Of a stretch of 64,000 bases of DNA, positions 37,940 to 50,654 are shown piece by piece. The position numbers and the translations under genes were made by a program. The notes beneath the pieces were generated by a model. It did no database searches. It was not told the origin of the DNA and was given only the letters and a program-made list of their open reading frames with translations. Origin of the DNA: Nostoc sp. (lineage in GTDB: Bacteria; Cyanobacteriota; Cyanobacteriia; Cyanobacteriales; Nostocaceae); NCBI GenBank assembly GCA_036918135.1, contig JBALDB010000018.1:32001-96000 (forward strand), written 5' to 3'. The number at the start of each line of letters is the position of its first letter. Position 1 is the stretch's first letter.

Positions 37940-39352
37940 ATGCAAAGACAGCGATCGCTATTAATCTTGATTTTGGTTCTGGTAATCGCCGCGATAACGG
38001 TGATTGCTACAATTCCGATACCTCTTGGACTTGACTTGCGGGGAGGTTCACAGCTAACAATTCAGGTAAGACCATCAGCGGAAATTCCCAAAATCACTGA
38101 ACGAGAATTGGAAGGTGTGAAGAAAGTTGTCGAAGGTCGAATTAATGGTTTGGGTGTTTCTGAGCCAGTGATCCAAACAGTCGGCGCAGATAAGATATTG
38201 GTGCAACTACCAGGGGTCAACGACCCAGAGCAAGCCGAACGGGTGCTAGGAGGTACGGCGCAGTTAGAATTCCGCACGCAAAAGCCGAATACAGAAACTC
38301 AACTGTTAGCTTTCCAAGCATCGCGAAATCAATTGAAGGCAAAACAAGAAGAGTTGAGAAAGAGTAACGATAAAGCAGGAATTACTAAAAATCAAGAAGA
38401 TTTACAGAAAAATAATCAAGCGATCGCCCAATTGTTTGAAAGCACCAATCCCCCGCTAATTGGTAAATACCTCAAGGATGCTTATGGCGAACCCACTCAA
38501 GGTAACAATTGGAATGTTGCCATTCGCTTCGACCAAAAGGGTGGTGAACTTTTTGCTCAACTGACGAAAAACCTTGCTGGTACTGGGCGTAGTATTGGTG
38601 TTTTTCTCGACAATGAATTGATCAGCGCTCCTACCGTCGGTATTGAATTTGCCTCTACTGGTATTACTGGAGGCTCTGCTGTAATTACAGGTCGGTTTAC
38701 TGCACAAGAAGCTAATGACTTAGGTGTGCAGCTACGCGGTGGCGCATTACCTGTACCAGTAGAAATCGCAGAAAGGCGGACAGTAGGTGCAACCTTGGGT
38801 AAAGATAGCATTCAAAGCAGTATTTATGCTGGGGTCGGTGGTTTAACTTTAGTATTAATATTTATGGTGGTTTACTATCGACTACCAGGATTGATTGCGG
38901 ATGTGTCACTAGTAATCTACTCCCTCTTGACTTGGGCAACCTTTGGTTTATTGGGTGTCACCCTAACTTTGCCAGGAATTGCTGGTTTTATTCTCAGTAT
39001 TGGGATGGCGGTTGATGCCAACGTGCTAATTTTTGAAAGGACACGAGAAGAATTGCGAGTTGGTAAATCTCTATATCGTTCTGTGGAATCTGGTTTTTAC
39101 CGAGCATTTTCTAGTATTTTAGATAGCAACGTTACTACGTGGATTGCTTGTGCTGCTCTGTTTTGGCTGGGGTCTGGTTTAGTCAAGGGCTTTGCTCTTA
39201 CCTTAGCTTTAGGGGTGGCTGTAAGTATGTTTACGGCAATTACTTGTAGTCGGACATTGCTGTTTTTGGCAATTGCAATTCCGTCGTTACGGAAGACAGA
39301 ACTTTTCTGTCCAAACCTGCCAGTGTCGAATAAGGCAGAGGTGGCTAGATGA
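37940..39352 (+). CDS. secD: Protein translocase subunit SecD
   Basis: [21 protein letters not shown]. Confidence 0.97.
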   Translation: MQRQRSLLILILVLVIAAITVIATIPIPLGLDLRGGSQLTIQVRPSAEIPKITERELEGVKKVVEGRINGLGVSEPVIQTVGADKILVQLPGVNDPEQAERVLGGTAQLEFRTQKPNTETQLLAFQASRNQLKAKQEELRKSNDKAGITKNQEDLQKNNQAIAQLFESTNPPLIGKYLKDAYGEPTQGNNWNVAIRFDQKGGELFAQLTKNLAGTGRSIGVFLDNELISAPTVGIEFASTGITGGSAVITGRFTAQEANDLGVQLRGGALPVPVEIAERRTVGATLGKDSIQSSIYAGVGGLTLVLIFMVVYYRLPGLIADVSLVIYSLLTWATFGLLGVTLTLPGIAGFILSIGMAVDANVLIFERTREELRVGKSLYRSVESGFYRAFSSILDSNVTTWIACAALFWLGSGLVKGFALTLALGVAVSMFTAITCSRTLLFLAIAIPSLRKTELFCPNLPVSNKAEVAR

Positions 39353-40335
39353 AACTGAGTATTAATAAATCGCGATCGCTTTGGTGGACTGTTTCTGCCG
39401 TTATTATCCTTGCTGGTATCATCTCAATGGTGATTTCTTGGCAACAACCGAATATTCACGCACCCCTACGCCCCGGTTTAGATTTTATCGGTGGTACGAG
39501 ATTGCAGTTTGTCCGAGATTGCACCAAACCTGGCAATTGCGACAAACCAATTGATATCAACGCTGTACGGGAAGTAGCAAAAGCGCAGGGATTAGGTGAT
39601 AGTAGCATCCAACTTATCTCGGAAAATGGTGCAGAAAATGGCGTACTAATTCGGACAAAAGATTTGAGTGTCGATCAACGCACCAAGTTACAAAATACTT
39701 TAAGCGAACAAATTGGTGTTTTCGATCCACAAAAAAACCAAATAGACTCTGTTGGCCCTACCTTGGGTAAAGAATTGTTGAGGTCTGGACTATTAGCTCT
39801 GATAGTTTCCTTTATTGGTATTACTGTCTATATGAGCTTCCGTTTCCAGTTAGATTATGCCGTATTTGCGATCGTTGCTTTATTCCACGATATCTCGATC
39901 ACTGTAGGGGCTTTTTCAATTTTGGGTTTGGTGGCAGGCATCGAAGTAGATAGCCTTTTTATTGTCGCCTTACTTACGATTACAGGTTTTTCAGTCAACG
40001 ACACAGTAGTGATTTACGATCGCATTCGAGAAACCATTAAAACCAATCCCGAACGCCCGATTGCCGATATTGTAGATGATGCAGTTAACCAAACCTTATC
40101 AAGGTCAATCAACACTACCTTAACCGTATTACTCACATTAGCTGCTATCTTTTTATTTGGTGGAGAAACACTAAAAAACTTTTCTCTAGCTTTGATTATT
40201 GGCTTCACGATGGGGGCTTATTCAAGTATTTTCATTGCTAGTACTCTCCTTACTTGGTGGCGAGAACGCAAGGGTCAATTCCAGGTGGTAGTCAACGATG
40301 ACTCGATTGATACATCTGTTTCCCAGGATACTTAA
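39349..40335 (+). CDS. secF: Protein translocase subunit SecF
   Basis: [23 protein letters not shown]. Confidence 0.97.
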   Translation: MKLSINKSRSLWWTVSAVIILAGIISMVISWQQPNIHAPLRPGLDFIGGTRLQFVRDCTKPGNCDKPIDINAVREVAKAQGLGDSSIQLISENGAENGVLIRTKDLSVDQRTKLQNTLSEQIGVFDPQKNQIDSVGPTLGKELLRSGLLALIVSFIGITVYMSFRFQLDYAVFAIVALFHDISITVGAFSILGLVAGIEVDSLFIVALLTITGFSVNDTVVIYDRIRETIKTNPERPIADIVDDAVNQTLSRSINTTLTVLLTLAAIFLFGGETLKNFSLALIIGFTMGAYSSIFIASTLLTWWRERKGQFQVVVNDDSIDTSVSQDT

Positions 40336-40406
40336 ACTTGTATATATTTGAGAATTGGGTGAAAGTATTTTGAATTGCTCACTCACCCCTGGCAATTTTA
40401 TTCCCT

Positions 40407-40820
40407 ATGGATCAACCAGAAGAACCATTAACTAATGTTTCAGACTTTGAGAAATCTGACCCATCGTTTGCTCAACAAGTGCAAAGGCTACATCAACTAA
40501 CAGTATATGGCAGGTGGCTGTTTGTGAGCTGTTTATGGCTTACCATTGCCCCTGTTAGCCTGTGGAATTTACGTACAGAAATTTCTTTGTGGCGACAATA
40601 TTTTACTTGGGTAGCAGTGCGATATGGACTTTTCTATCATCCACTGTCTACTTTTGGTTTAGCTTTTTGTATCGGAATGACCGCTGCTGTATTAGTTTGG
40701 CAAAGTCGTAATATTTTACTGGGATTACCAGAGGAGGAAAAACAACGTTTAGAAAAACAAGTTTATCGAATACGTCAGCAAGGGCCAACTCACCCTTTAT
40801 GGAAGTGGGTTTGTCATTAA
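40407..40820 (+). CDS. Hypothetical membrane protein
   Basis: 137 aa ORF with 2 hydrophobic segments. Confidence 0.7.
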   Translation: MDQPEEPLTNVSDFEKSDPSFAQQVQRLHQLTVYGRWLFVSCLWLTIAPVSLWNLRTEISLWRQYFTWVAVRYGLFYHPLSTFGLAFCIGMTAAVLVWQSRNILLGLPEEEKQRLEKQVYRIRQQGPTHPLWKWVCH

Positions 40821-40926
40821 ATGTTGCCTTAGGTGAGTAAATTTTCTCTGGTTGCATATACATATACATATTCGGCAATTTCTAGCAAAATATGATTTAG
40901 CAGTAGCTAAGATATAGCCAAAGTGA

Positions 40927-41403
40927 GTGCCATACATGAACAATCCTCAAATTCAATTTAGCGATCGCAAGTCTGAAATTGACCTTTACCAACTTCAAGA
41001 ATTGTTAAATATTTCAGCTTTCTGGGCAAAAGGCCGCAGTATTGAGGATTTAAGTATAGCTATTGCCAATAGTGAGCCAGTGATTTCCGTATGGGATACT
41101 CAGCGGCTCATTGGCTTTGCTAGAGCAACATCTGATGGCATATATCGCGCAACGATTTGGGATGTTGTGATTCATCCAGAGTATCGAAATAGTGGTTTGG
41201 GAAGCAATTTAGTAGAAACCATTTTGAGTCATCCCCGCATGAGATGGGTTGAACGCGTTTATTTGATGACTACTCACCAACAGGAATTCTACAAAAAGAT
41301 TGGTTTCCAGTCCAACACTACTACTACGATGGTATTGTATAACTTAGCTAATCTTAGTTTCCTTCCTGATACAGAAGTTGAACTTCAACAATCACCTAAA
41401 TAG
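40927..41403 (+). CDS. GNAT acetyltransferase
   Basis: IGFARA..IWDVVIHPEYRNSGLG. Confidence 0.9.
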   Translation: MPYMNNPQIQFSDRKSEIDLYQLQELLNISAFWAKGRSIEDLSIAIANSEPVISVWDTQRLIGFARATSDGIYRATIWDVVIHPEYRNSGLGSNLVETILSHPRMRWVERVYLMTTHQQEFYKKIGFQSNTTTTMVLYNLANLSFLPDTEVELQQSPK

Positions 41404-41467
41404 TGCCCAGTGCTGAGTTAGGAGTTAAGAGTTATTCTCCTCATCTTTGTTAGTCACCATTCCCTAC

Positions 41468-42379
41468 TCAACACTCAGCACTACTGCATAAGGGAATAGA
41501 AATTTGTAGTCTGCTTAGTTGCTGAGGTGGTTCCTTGATAATCGGAGAAGGCAGGATTTCTAGTTTTCCTCCGAGAACTTGCACCAAAGTTTGATTGATT
41601 AATAGCCTCATTCCTGGAGAAAGAGTAATGTTCTCTAAGTTAACTTGGCTTGGCAGCTCTTCAGATTTAATCGAGTCAATTGGCTCACTCCAGGGTATGG
41701 CATGAGTTGGTATATCCAGCCAAATATTAACAAAATTACTTGTAGAGACGGTATTGCTAGAAATATAAATGCTGCCTTCTTCCATCTGAGTAATCGCAGT
41801 GTCTATTAAACTGATTAATATTTGGCGCAGCCAAAGAGAATCTGCCAAAACATAAATTTCTGGGTCTGCGGGTAACAATTGCAAGGGAAAATTGCGATTT
41901 GCCGCCAGCATATAAGTTAAGTTATAAGCCTCGTGCAAAATATCGGCTAACGGTCTGGGCTGAATATCTAGTTTATTTGTACCATGCTCAATTCTAGCAA
42001 CGTTAAGAATTTCATCCACTAGCTTTAGCAATTTCAGCGTTCGCTCATGAGCTTGGACAAGAAATTCTCGCTCTTCAGCTGGATTTTCACACAGATCTGA
42101 CAAAATTAACTGATGTAAGCCAATTAAACCATTGAGAGGCGATCGCAATTCATGGGTCGTCCGTGCCAAAAAACCAGCTTTAAACTGGCTCATTTCTTTT
42201 GCCATAAAATATGCCAGCTGCGTTTGCTGCATCTGTTGCGATGCTGATGGCATCTGCTGTTGGTCTAATGGTGCTGCTGGCAATAAGCTAGATGAAGTGT
42301 TTGGCCGCGCAAATAACCAACAAAAACCTAGACCTAGTGCTATTCCTGCTCCTAAATATATCCAGTTACTCCAATTCAT
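41468..42379 (-). CDS. Sensor histidine kinase-like protein (degenerate ATPase domain)
   Basis: THELRSPL H-box. Confidence 0.8.
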   Translation of the reverse strand: MNWSNWIYLGAGIALGLGFCWLFARPNTSSSLLPAAPLDQQQMPSASQQMQQTQLAYFMAKEMSQFKAGFLARTTHELRSPLNGLIGLHQLILSDLCENPAEEREFLVQAHERTLKLLKLVDEILNVARIEHGTNKLDIQPRPLADILHEAYNLTYMLAANRNFPLQLLPADPEIYVLADSLWLRQILISLIDTAITQMEEGSIYISSNTVSTSNFVNIWLDIPTHAIPWSEPIDSIKSEELPSQVNLENITLSPGMRLLINQTLVQVLGGKLEILPSPIIKEPPQQLSRLQISIPLCSSAEC

Positions 42380-42477
42380 ATTTTGGCAATTATTAACTTG
42401 TTAATTGACCACAACAGCGCAAATTAAACTTCCGGATTTCTTAATTGTTGAAACCAGGGAAACAACATTATAGCTAT

Positions 42478-43086
42478 CTATATCTGCTTATCATTCGATA
42501 AATCTAACTTTATTGCACCTTGCCGCAAAATCTGCCAATTAATCCCTGTCCATTTGGCAACGGTGGAAGGAATACCCAGTCCTGACATTTCATCCTGGGA
42601 TTCTGTGGTTACCAAAGTCAGAACGTTAGGAAACTGAGCCGTAATTTCAGTCATTTTTTGCAAAGGCGGCTGACCAGAGAAATTAGCGCTAGTAGTGGCA
42701 AGAGGGCCTGTTTGCGCCAAAATAGTTTGAGCGATCGCACTGTTTGGGACTCGAATACCAATTGTACTCGGATCGGTAGGATTCATGATTTTTGGTAAGC
42801 GCTGACTCGCAGGCAAAACTAACGTCATAGCTCCTGGCCAATATTTATCCGTTATTTTTTGCCAAATTTTATACTCGTTTTCACTACCTTGGACATAAGG
42901 CCACAAATCCTCAGCAGTAGCACCCATGAGAATTAGAGGTTTGTCCTGACTCCGTTGCTTAGTTGTAAAAATTAATGCTGCTTTTTCTGGTATCGTCGCC
43001 AGTGCGGGAACCGTGTCTGTAGGAAAGCTTACCAAAAAGCCACTGCGTGCGCCAACTATTAGATTTTCTAGAGAAACTTGGGTCAT
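42478..43086 (-). CDS. tsaC: L-threonylcarbamoyladenylate synthase (Sua5/TsaC)
   Basis: FPTDTV, KQR..KPL, WPG, TTSANFSG. Confidence 0.9.
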   Translation of the reverse strand: MTQVSLENLIVGARSGFLVSFPTDTVPALATIPEKAALIFTTKQRSQDKPLILMGATAEDLWPYVQGSENEYKIWQKITDKYWPGAMTLVLPASQRLPKIMNPTDPSTIGIRVPNSAIAQTILAQTGPLATTSANFSGQPPLQKMTEITAQFPNVLTLVTTESQDEMSGLGIPSTVAKWTGINWQILRQGAIKLDLSNDKQI

Positions 43087-43280
43087 GTTTGCTGACAATA
43101 TTCGTCCACAACTTTTACTATTGTTGCGGAGGAAGTGGCAGAAAACAGCAAACGGATTGACGAACGCCACTTGCTCAGCGTAGCGTCTGGTAGAGTACCA
43201 GAAATTACGAATTACCAATTAGTAATTATTCGGTCATCCTAAATAACATAAATCTTGAGCAATTACTAAACTTATAATTC

Positions 43281-44168
43281 CTAAGTTTTATAAGCTAGGG
43301 CAAAGCGTTCAATTCCAGCTAAATCAGTGTGAATTTGGACTTTACAATAGTTACCTTGATTTTGTAAAAGTTCTCGCACTGTATCTGCTTGTCCTGCCAT
43401 CATCTCAATCAACCACACTCCACCAGATTGCAAATAGCTAGGAGAGATTTCTATCAAATGACGAATGCAATCTAAGCCATCAGCGCCACCATCCAAAGCT
43501 AAATGTGGTTCGTGGTTGACTACTTCTGGTTGCAAACTAGGTAAGGTACTGGTGGGTATGTAAGGGGGGTTCGACACCATACCACTGAACTGACCTTCGA
43601 GGAATGCCAGTGGCTCCCACCAGGAACCTTGATAAAATCGAATGCGGTCAGCAAAACCCAAATTTTGGGCATTAGTTTGGGCGATCGCCAAAGCTTCCAG
43701 ACTGTAATCAACAGCATGAATTATTGCTTTTGGCAGGACATTTGCTAGTCCGATGGCGATCGCTCCACTGCCAGTACCTAAATCCGCCCAGTGTCCTGAA
43801 GTATTGCTAGCAGCTGCTAGAACTAAATCAATTAAGCACTCTGTTTCTGGTCGGGGAATCAAAACCGCATTCGATACGGTGATTTTAAACTGACGCCAAG
43901 GTGTAGCTTTGGCAATGTACTGCACTGGTAGGCGTTCGTTTAATCGCCTCTGCCACAACTGGTCTAACTCTACTAGAGGCAATTGCATCTGAATTTGCGG
44001 CCAATTTTTAAAAGACTCCAAACGCAGTGCCAAACGGTCTAACCCAGCAACTTCTTGGAGTAGCCAATCTACCTCTGTTGGTGAAACATCAGTGGCGATC
44101 GCTGCTTGAGTTGCTGCATTCCGCCACTGCCAAAGTTGTAGACCAGATATCAGATGTTTTTCCCCCAT
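43281..44168 (-). CDS. prmC: Release factor glutamine methyltransferase
   Basis: LIPRPETE, DLGTGSG, SNPPY. Confidence 0.95.
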   Translation of the reverse strand: MGEKHLISGLQLWQWRNAATQAAIATDVSPTEVDWLLQEVAGLDRLALRLESFKNWPQIQMQLPLVELDQLWQRRLNERLPVQYIAKATPWRQFKITVSNAVLIPRPETECLIDLVLAAASNTSGHWADLGTGSGAIAIGLANVLPKAIIHAVDYSLEALAIAQTNAQNLGFADRIRFYQGSWWEPLAFLEGQFSGMVSNPPYIPTSTLPSLQPEVVNHEPHLALDGGADGLDCIRHLIEISPSYLQSGGVWLIEMMAGQADTVRELLQNQGNYCKVQIHTDLAGIERFALAYKT

Positions 44169-44193
44169 GCCTCAACCTTGGAGTGCGTAACCG

Positions 44194-45033
44194 TTATTTT
44201 TTTGGAGCGGGCGCAGTCGAAGGCTTGCCAGCAGGTGATTGATTCGCCGCTAGGGAGCGAATAAAATTGATCGACTCTCGCGATGGATATAAAACAATTT
44301 TATTGATACTTGGATCGTTGCTACTATTGAGAGCCTCCATAACACCTAACAAATCCACTACCTGAATTTCAGTGTTGTTTGCTTCCTTTGGCACGGCTTT
44401 TTTAAATTCGTCTAACAGAGCTACTGCTTGCTCTTTTTCAAAAAAGAAAGGTATGTAGCGCTCGTTGCCTTTTGCCAGGGGAATGGTCAGATAGCTATTA
44501 TCTTTTTTAAATTTAGGCACAAACAAGGGAATACCGTTGAATTGCTGCACTTTTTGACCATTCTGATTCAGCATACTTGTTGCTGACGCTACCTGTTGCT
44601 GTGTCGGTACTAAAGTATAAATTACTGAATCTGACTTCTTTTTGCTTTCTAGCACTATCTTATAGTAGTCTGCCAAAGACAAAGGTCTTACCTGTAGCGT
44701 GCTTGCCAGTTGAGGATTTTCTTTTTTCAGCCGATTATCAAGGAATTTTTGAGCATCTTGCTTGCTAATAAAAAATCCTACTTGAGAGATGGTCTTGGAC
44801 TGGTTGTTTCTCGAAAGAACTACAAATTCGCCCTTAGGATTTGTAAGAGTGAATACGGGTACTTCCTGTAGCTTTTTCACTACCTGATCTTGTGGTAAAG
44901 CCACCGCCTCTAAATTGCCTAGCCCTGGTAAATTGCCTATTCCTGAAAGCCCTGCTAAAAAGACACTCCCAGCTATACCTAATGTTGCACTCCAACGAAC
45001 GAATAATTTCATAACTGCTCCTCGCATCAACAA
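44194..45033 (-). CDS. Tic22 family protein
   Basis: KLQEVPVFTLTN, FNGIPLF, IPFFFEKEQ. Confidence 0.85.
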   Translation of the reverse strand: MLMRGAVMKLFVRWSATLGIAGSVFLAGLSGIGNLPGLGNLEAVALPQDQVVKKLQEVPVFTLTNPKGEFVVLSRNNQSKTISQVGFFISKQDAQKFLDNRLKKENPQLASTLQVRPLSLADYYKIVLESKKKSDSVIYTLVPTQQQVASATSMLNQNGQKVQQFNGIPLFVPKFKKDNSYLTIPLAKGNERYIPFFFEKEQAVALLDEFKKAVPKEANNTEIQVVDLLGVMEALNSSNDPSINKIVLYPSRESINFIRSLAANQSPAGKPSTAPAPKK

Positions 45034-45810
45034 TACAATTCAATTAAACAAATGGTTGGGTTTGCACAGCACCAACTAGCTTCAGTTATATAGCAATCTA
45101 TTTTAGTTGTGAAAATTTATTTGTAAATAAGTCGTATGTCAGTTGAGTGTTAATAGTTAGCAGTCAAAGTAGAATAATTCTACCTATTTAGCCTTGATAT
45201 AGTATCGCCTTTACGAATTGACTGTGCTAATGTTGTGTTTTTGTCGATTTGGCTAAGCTATTCACTGCCAAATCCTGTAGACGCCTATTTTTTAGCTTGT
45301 TAAACAGTAAAAAGTTTCTCTGATCTGAAAGCTAATAAATGCCATTTTATTAACTTTCTCTAATATTGGGTGACGCTATGAGTTTATTAATCGTTCCATT
45401 TGGGATTAATTAAATATTTTCTCAAATTTATACAAGGTAGAGTATCAGGAGTATCTGATTTCTCAAGGACGAAATTTAGCTACTATGTTTCAAAAGCTAG
45501 CCCAAGAGCAAAACAAGAAAATTGATTTTCTGCGTAAAAATATACAACTTAATTGCACACCTTAGCAACAAAACTCTAATCTATTCTCTTTAAATGGCAG
45601 AAATTTTTCAGAGATTTTGTAGATTTAGTTGATTGCTCAGACACCAAAACCTCAAGAAAATAATTGGCTCTACGTACCCATATATAGAGATTTGCTAACA
45701 ATCTCTGTGGTTGAGCGCAATTTAATATACTTAATTTTGTAATTTGACATTTAATCAAACCCAAATTTATTAACAACTCTGGGTTTGATTAATCATAATT
45801 ATTAACTAAA

Positions 45811-45884
45811 TCGGGATGACAGGATTTGAACCTGCGGCATCCTGCTCCCAAAGCAGGCGCGCTACCAAGCTGCGCTACATCCCG
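45811..45884 (-). tRNA. tRNA-Pro(UGG)
   Basis: CGGGATGTAGCGCAGCTTGGTAGCGCG-CCTGC-TTTGGGA-GCAGG..GGTTCAAATCC..CATCCCGA cloverleaf. Confidence 0.97.
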
Positions 45885-46179
45885 GCTATACTTATCTACT
45901 TTTTGCGGTTCGGTTTTAGCTTCCCAGTAAAGCGATCGCGCTTTTGCATAAGCTTTAAAGTCATCATATCACATAATAGCGCTCATACATAATTTTCTTT
46001 ATTCTCTGTAAAGACAAGATAGATAGATCTTTATATAGAATAAAGGTTTTTCTGCCGACTTATTTTTACCAAACATAAATTTGCTTGCTTGGCGGCTGAA
46101 GCCAAACTAGATCGAAATAATAGACTTCACTACTGTACCTGATTTTATTGTGCAAATCAGGCTTTATTTGAATTAGGTG

Positions 46180-46731
46180 CTAGTGAGGATACCAGAACAT
46201 GCCTTTGATACCTTCTGGATCTGGCATAAATCCCATAGTTCGGTAGAAGTCTACAACGTGAGGATCGGCGAACAGAGTCACATTGCTAATCTCTTCACTC
46301 CGAAGTTTTTTGAGAACGTATTTCATCAATGCCTTGCCCAGTCCTTGATTTTGGAAATCTGGGTGAACCACCACATCCCAAATAGTGGCATTAAATGCAT
46401 GATCTGAGGTAGCGCGGGCGAAACCAATGAGCCGTTTATGGTTTCCTCTGACTTGCCACATTGAGGCGACAAGAAAACTATGCTCAATGGCTTTTTTAAC
46501 TTTTCTTAGAGGACGACGCGACCAACCAACTGCATCACAGAGTTCTTCTAGTTCATACAAATCGATATCTCGCTCTGTACTGAAGACGATGCGAGCCTCC
46601 TTTGAAGAAGCTTCGTTAACACTACTGAGGCTGGAGTTGCCCGCAGTTTGCGCTGTATGTTCTTCAAAAGGGTTTGTCCTAGTTGTCGCTACAGACTCAG
46701 GAGTACTAAACCAAGTTTTCCAAAAACCCAT
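46180..46731 (-). CDS. GNAT acetyltransferase (Ycf52-like)
   Basis: [27 protein letters not shown]. Confidence 0.88.
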   Translation of the reverse strand: MGFWKTWFSTPESVATTRTNPFEEHTAQTAGNSSLSSVNEASSKEARIVFSTERDIDLYELEELCDAVGWSRRPLRKVKKAIEHSFLVASMWQVRGNHKRLIGFARATSDHAFNATIWDVVVHPDFQNQGLGKALMKYVLKKLRSEEISNVTLFADPHVVDFYRTMGFMPDPEGIKGMFWYPH

Positions 46732-47233
46732 GCCAACGTGGTTCGGGTAATATAACTGAATTGGTTTACACTCTCTTTGAGTGTTGATTCATGCTTAACA
46801 TAGCTAGCCTCATTTACTACACTTGGCAATCAAAATTTTTGGCTTGTTTGCGAAATTCGTAATGATAACAGCTAGTCAGGGCATGTTTCACACCAATCAT
46901 TTTCAACTTTAGCATTTTGTTGTAAAGCCTAGTAAAAATTCAGCAAAAGGGAAAAATATAAGTAATTCATAAATTATGCCCTATTGTGATTCCTCTGTCT
47001 GATTATGCAGGAAACTACCCAAGCTGCCGCTGTAACTTTTCTCCAAATCAAACAGAAAAACCCAATTATGGCAAAGATCCTGTGAATTTTTGGTATGCAG
47101 CTGAAATGCACGTTAGCTTAAGAGTGAATAGTATCTCAGGGATTTGAATATCTGGGAAAATTCCCACTCTCCAGTTCCCAACACCTACTTTTTAGTCCCC
47201 AGGTGACCAAAGCAAGCGAGTCTACCCTTAACA

Positions 47234-47953
47234 ATGGCTTCTGGTTTAAAATCTTCGACACTCGAACTCCTAAAGCGCTTTAATCGAGCGTTTCCCCAGT
47301 TTTATGAGCAATTTGTCAGCAGTGAGATTCAACTGCAAAATTTACGGCTAGCCTACCGTCTGTATAAAACTAGACGCGCTGTGATTGAACTCAAACCGGA
47401 AGGTAGCAAAAGTGCCTTGCATTTTGCCTACCGTAACCAGTCTTTTCTTCTCAGCGATATTTTTGGTGTACTAGCAGCTTATGGATTAACAATCCACGGC
47501 TTGAGTCTATACGGTCAGATCCGTCCGCCAATGTTAGTTTTTATTAAACTGTTGGTATCTCGTGGTAGTAAAGCCTTGACCGATAAAACCGCAGAAAATG
47601 TCTGTCGCGCCATTCGTGAGGCTTTAGGAGGTCGGTTTGAGGTAGAAGAAATGCTGGCAGTAGAATTCAATCTCGACACTGGCTTAGAGCAGGTACAAAC
47701 TGAGTTCTATGTCGATCCGGTTTTTCATCTGCCTGCGTTAGTAATTGAAGCTGATAATCAACCAGGCTTATTTTATAAAGTGATGTACGCCATTTGGCAA
47801 GAAGATCTGCTAGTAGTCAATGCCAATTTACTTGTTTGGCGCGGACGTACACGGCTAATTCTCTACTTGTTAGGGCCCAATGAAAGCCTGATTCCTGAAT
47901 ATCTGGGTCACAAAATTGCTGAAGGGGTGCGACACAGGTTGTTAGGGAAATGA
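47234..47953 (+). CDS. Hypothetical protein with ACT-like domains
   Basis: 239 aa; ADNQPGLFY motif. Confidence 0.7.
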   Translation: MASGLKSSTLELLKRFNRAFPQFYEQFVSSEIQLQNLRLAYRLYKTRRAVIELKPEGSKSALHFAYRNQSFLLSDIFGVLAAYGLTIHGLSLYGQIRPPMLVFIKLLVSRGSKALTDKTAENVCRAIREALGGRFEVEEMLAVEFNLDTGLEQVQTEFYVDPVFHLPALVIEADNQPGLFYKVMYAIWQEDLLVVNANLLVWRGRTRLILYLLGPNESLIPEYLGHKIAEGVRHRLLGK

Positions 47954-48527
47954 AAACACTCTTGATTCCTCGCTAAATTTTAGATTTTAGGAAACTCCTA
48001 GAAATAAATTATCTTGTTTGAAGTTGATGACTATTGACTGTTGACTGTGAACACTGGAATATTTATTTTATTTGTCAGTCCCGTTAAATTTTGCGAAAAG
48101 TTCAGCCAGTCGCTTAGTGTTAGCATAGAGTTAGCGAAGTAAGAGCTTCGGCAGTAGGGTGAGTCCAGTTTTGTTAGCACAGCGTCTTTGTAAGGAGAAG
48201 GAGGAAAATTCTCCGTAGGGAACTGGCGTTAGTGCAGCTGTGTTAGACTGTTACGTCCAGCGTCTTGCTCCAGAAGGCTGGTAATTTCAACGCGAGAACA
48301 AATCTAAAACCCAAAATTTCAAATTATATAGCACAATTCAAGAGTCAGAATTAAAATAGATTCTCTGCCTAGCTAGCAGACCTAAATGGTGTACTTCAGA
48401 CTAGTTGAAATCTGCTGGATTTATTTCCCTACCCTTGAATAAGGTGGGGTTTATCTAAAATACAAAATCGTTTGACTTTTGACACTTCGTATTTAGTCGT
48501 ACCCACCCTTAGGGGTACGATATAAGT

Positions 48528-49439
48528 ATGGCAACTATTGAAATCTTAGGCGTTCCACACGCATACGAGCTAACGGCTCCCACTTCCTGCCCCGATGCTT
48601 TAGTATTTATCCACGGTTGGCTCAATAGCCGTGGATATTGGCAACCTGTGATTTCCCGCCTATCAGATGATTTGCAGTGCCTGTCCTATGATTTGCGAGG
48701 TTTTGGTGAATCCCAGTCTCAGGTAAAAAGCGATTTTAGTCGGGCACAAACGTTTGTGAGTTTGACACCGCTCTCCAGTAGTGGAGTTGGCTCACCTTTC
48801 GATTCTCTTTATACTCCTGCTGGCTATGCTCAGGATTTAGCAATTCTTCTGAAACAGCTAAATATTACTAGTGCTTGGCTAATTGGTCACTCTTTGGGAG
48901 GTACGATCGCTCTATGGGGAGCAGATCGAATACCTGAGTGTGTTAAGGGAGTTATCTGTATCAATGCTGGTGGTGGTATTTACCTTAAAGAAGCTTTTGA
49001 ACAGTTTCGCTCAGCAGGTCAGAAATTTTTACAAATCCGTCCGCGCTGGCTCTCCCAAGTGCCTTTGATTGATTTGCTGTTTACCAGAGCCAGTGTGGTA
49101 CGTCCTTTAGAGCGCTATTGGGCGCGTCAGCGGGTGATTGATTTCGTCGTCGCTGACCCAGAAGCGGCGCTGGGAACTCTGTTAGACTCTACAACTGAAG
49201 AAGAAATTAACCGTTTACCCGAACTGGTATCCCAACTCAAGCAGCCAGTTTATTTTTTAGCTGGTGCGGAAGACAAAGTTATGGAACCTAAATATGTCCG
49301 CCATTTAGCTAGCTTTCACAGATTATTTCAATACTGTGGTGACAATGTTTTGGAAATTCCTAATTGCGGACACTTGGCCATGTTAGAGCAACCGGATGCA
49401 GTTGCTGATTACATCCGGTCAATAGTTAACAGTCAGTAG
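48528..49439 (+). CDS. Alpha/beta hydrolase
   Basis: FIHGW, DLRGFG, GHSLGG, CGH. Confidence 0.92.
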   Translation: MATIEILGVPHAYELTAPTSCPDALVFIHGWLNSRGYWQPVISRLSDDLQCLSYDLRGFGESQSQVKSDFSRAQTFVSLTPLSSSGVGSPFDSLYTPAGYAQDLAILLKQLNITSAWLIGHSLGGTIALWGADRIPECVKGVICINAGGGIYLKEAFEQFRSAGQKFLQIRPRWLSQVPLIDLLFTRASVVRPLERYWARQRVIDFVVADPEAALGTLLDSTTEEEINRLPELVSQLKQPVYFLAGAEDKVMEPKYVRHLASFHRLFQYCGDNVLEIPNCGHLAMLEQPDAVADYIRSIVNSQ

Positions 49440-49604
49440 TCCTTTGTCATTAGTCATTAGTCATTTGTCCTTTGTCATTAGGCTTAGAATATCAGGGAGC
49501 CATTGCGCCCTTCCTGCTTTCCCGAACTTTAACCAAGTGGGGTTATGAGGCATTGCTTATCAGTGGTTACAACTAACAAATGACTAACCACTAATGACTA
49601 ATGA

Positions 49605-50654
49605 CTAGTCAACAGTTTGATACAACTTCATCACCTGACTCAGGGCTAATCTGGATTCAACGCCTAATGTCAGGGGAGATGTATGACCAGAGGATAGATG
49701 GTCAACGGCGGCACAGCCAATCATGGCGGCATTGTCAGTACAGAATTTCAAAGGGGGAAATAGGACGCGTAGGTTATGTTTAATGGCGGCGGCTTGGAGA
49801 TTTTTTCTCAGACCGCTATTGGCTGCTACACCGCCTCCAACAGCAATTGTGTCTAAACCATAGTCTAAGGCACAGGCGATCGCTCTTTTGGTTAGCGATC
49901 GCGCTACAGTATCCTGAAAGCTAGCTGCTACATCTGCTACTGGTACTTGTCTACCATCTTTCTCTAACTGCTGTACTAAACGCAATACAGCCGTTTTTAA
50001 CCCACTAAAACTTGCATCATAACGATGAAACCCGCCACCAGGTAAAGAGACTTTTCCTTCTGGTAAGGCAAACGCTTGGGGATTCCCCTGTTGTGCCAGC
50101 TTGTCAATTACTGGGCCACCAGGATAACCCAACTTTAACAATCGCGCTACTTTATCAAAAGCTTCACCCGCAGCATCATCACGAGTTTGTCCTAGCGTTT
50201 CATAGACACCACAATCTTTAACATAAATCAAACTTGTATGTCCGCCTGAAACCAGTAAGCTAAGGAAAGGGGGATTTAAACTTGGCTCGCTCAAGTAAGT
50301 TGCGTAAATGTGACCTTCGAGATGGTGAACTCCCAAAAAAGGTTTGTTGTGTACCATTGCCAGGGTTTTGGCAGCAGTTAATCCCACCAACAGCGCTCCT
50401 ACGAGTCCAGGGGCACAAGTAGCAGCAATTCCATCAATTTCCTCCCAATCTAGTTTGGCTTGTTGTAGAGCTTGAGCGATCGCTTGATTGATCGTTTCCA
50501 AGTGCTGGCGGGACGCCACTTCTGGTACTACCCCGCCATATTGCTGGTGGACTGGAATTTGCGAAGCGATGATGCTGCTGCAAACTTGACGATTGTTCAC
50601 AATTGCGACGGCAGTTTCATCACAGCTGGTTTCTATTGCTAAAACGGTTGCCAT
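49605..50654 (-). CDS. tsaD: tRNA t6A synthase TsaD
   Basis: [26 protein letters not shown]. Confidence 0.97.
   Translation of the reverse strand: MATVLAIETSCDETAVAIVNNRQVCSSIIASQIPVHQQYGGVVPEVASRQHLETINQAIAQALQQAKLDWEEIDGIAATCAPGLVGALLVGLTAAKTLAMVHNKPFLGVHHLEGHIYATYLSEPSLNPPFLSLLVSGGHTSLIYVKDCGVYETLGQTRDDAAGEAFDKVARLLKLGYPGGPVIDKLAQQGNPQAFALPEGKVSLPGGGFHRYDASFSGLKTAVLRLVQQLEKDGRQVPVADVAASFQDTVARSLTKRAIACALDYGLDTIAVGGGVAANSGLRKNLQAAAIKHNLRVLFPPLKFCTDNAAMIGCAAVDHLSSGHTSPLTLGVESRLALSQVMKLYQTVD

Noticed and set aside
37273..38034. Pro- or Arg-rich ORFs
   Set aside because: Translations of the low-complexity repeat tract
22970..50654. NFACT, prfC, prmC, tsaC and tsaD as part of the RNA-mimic system
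   Set aside because: Ordinary dispersed housekeeping genes with no linkage evidence
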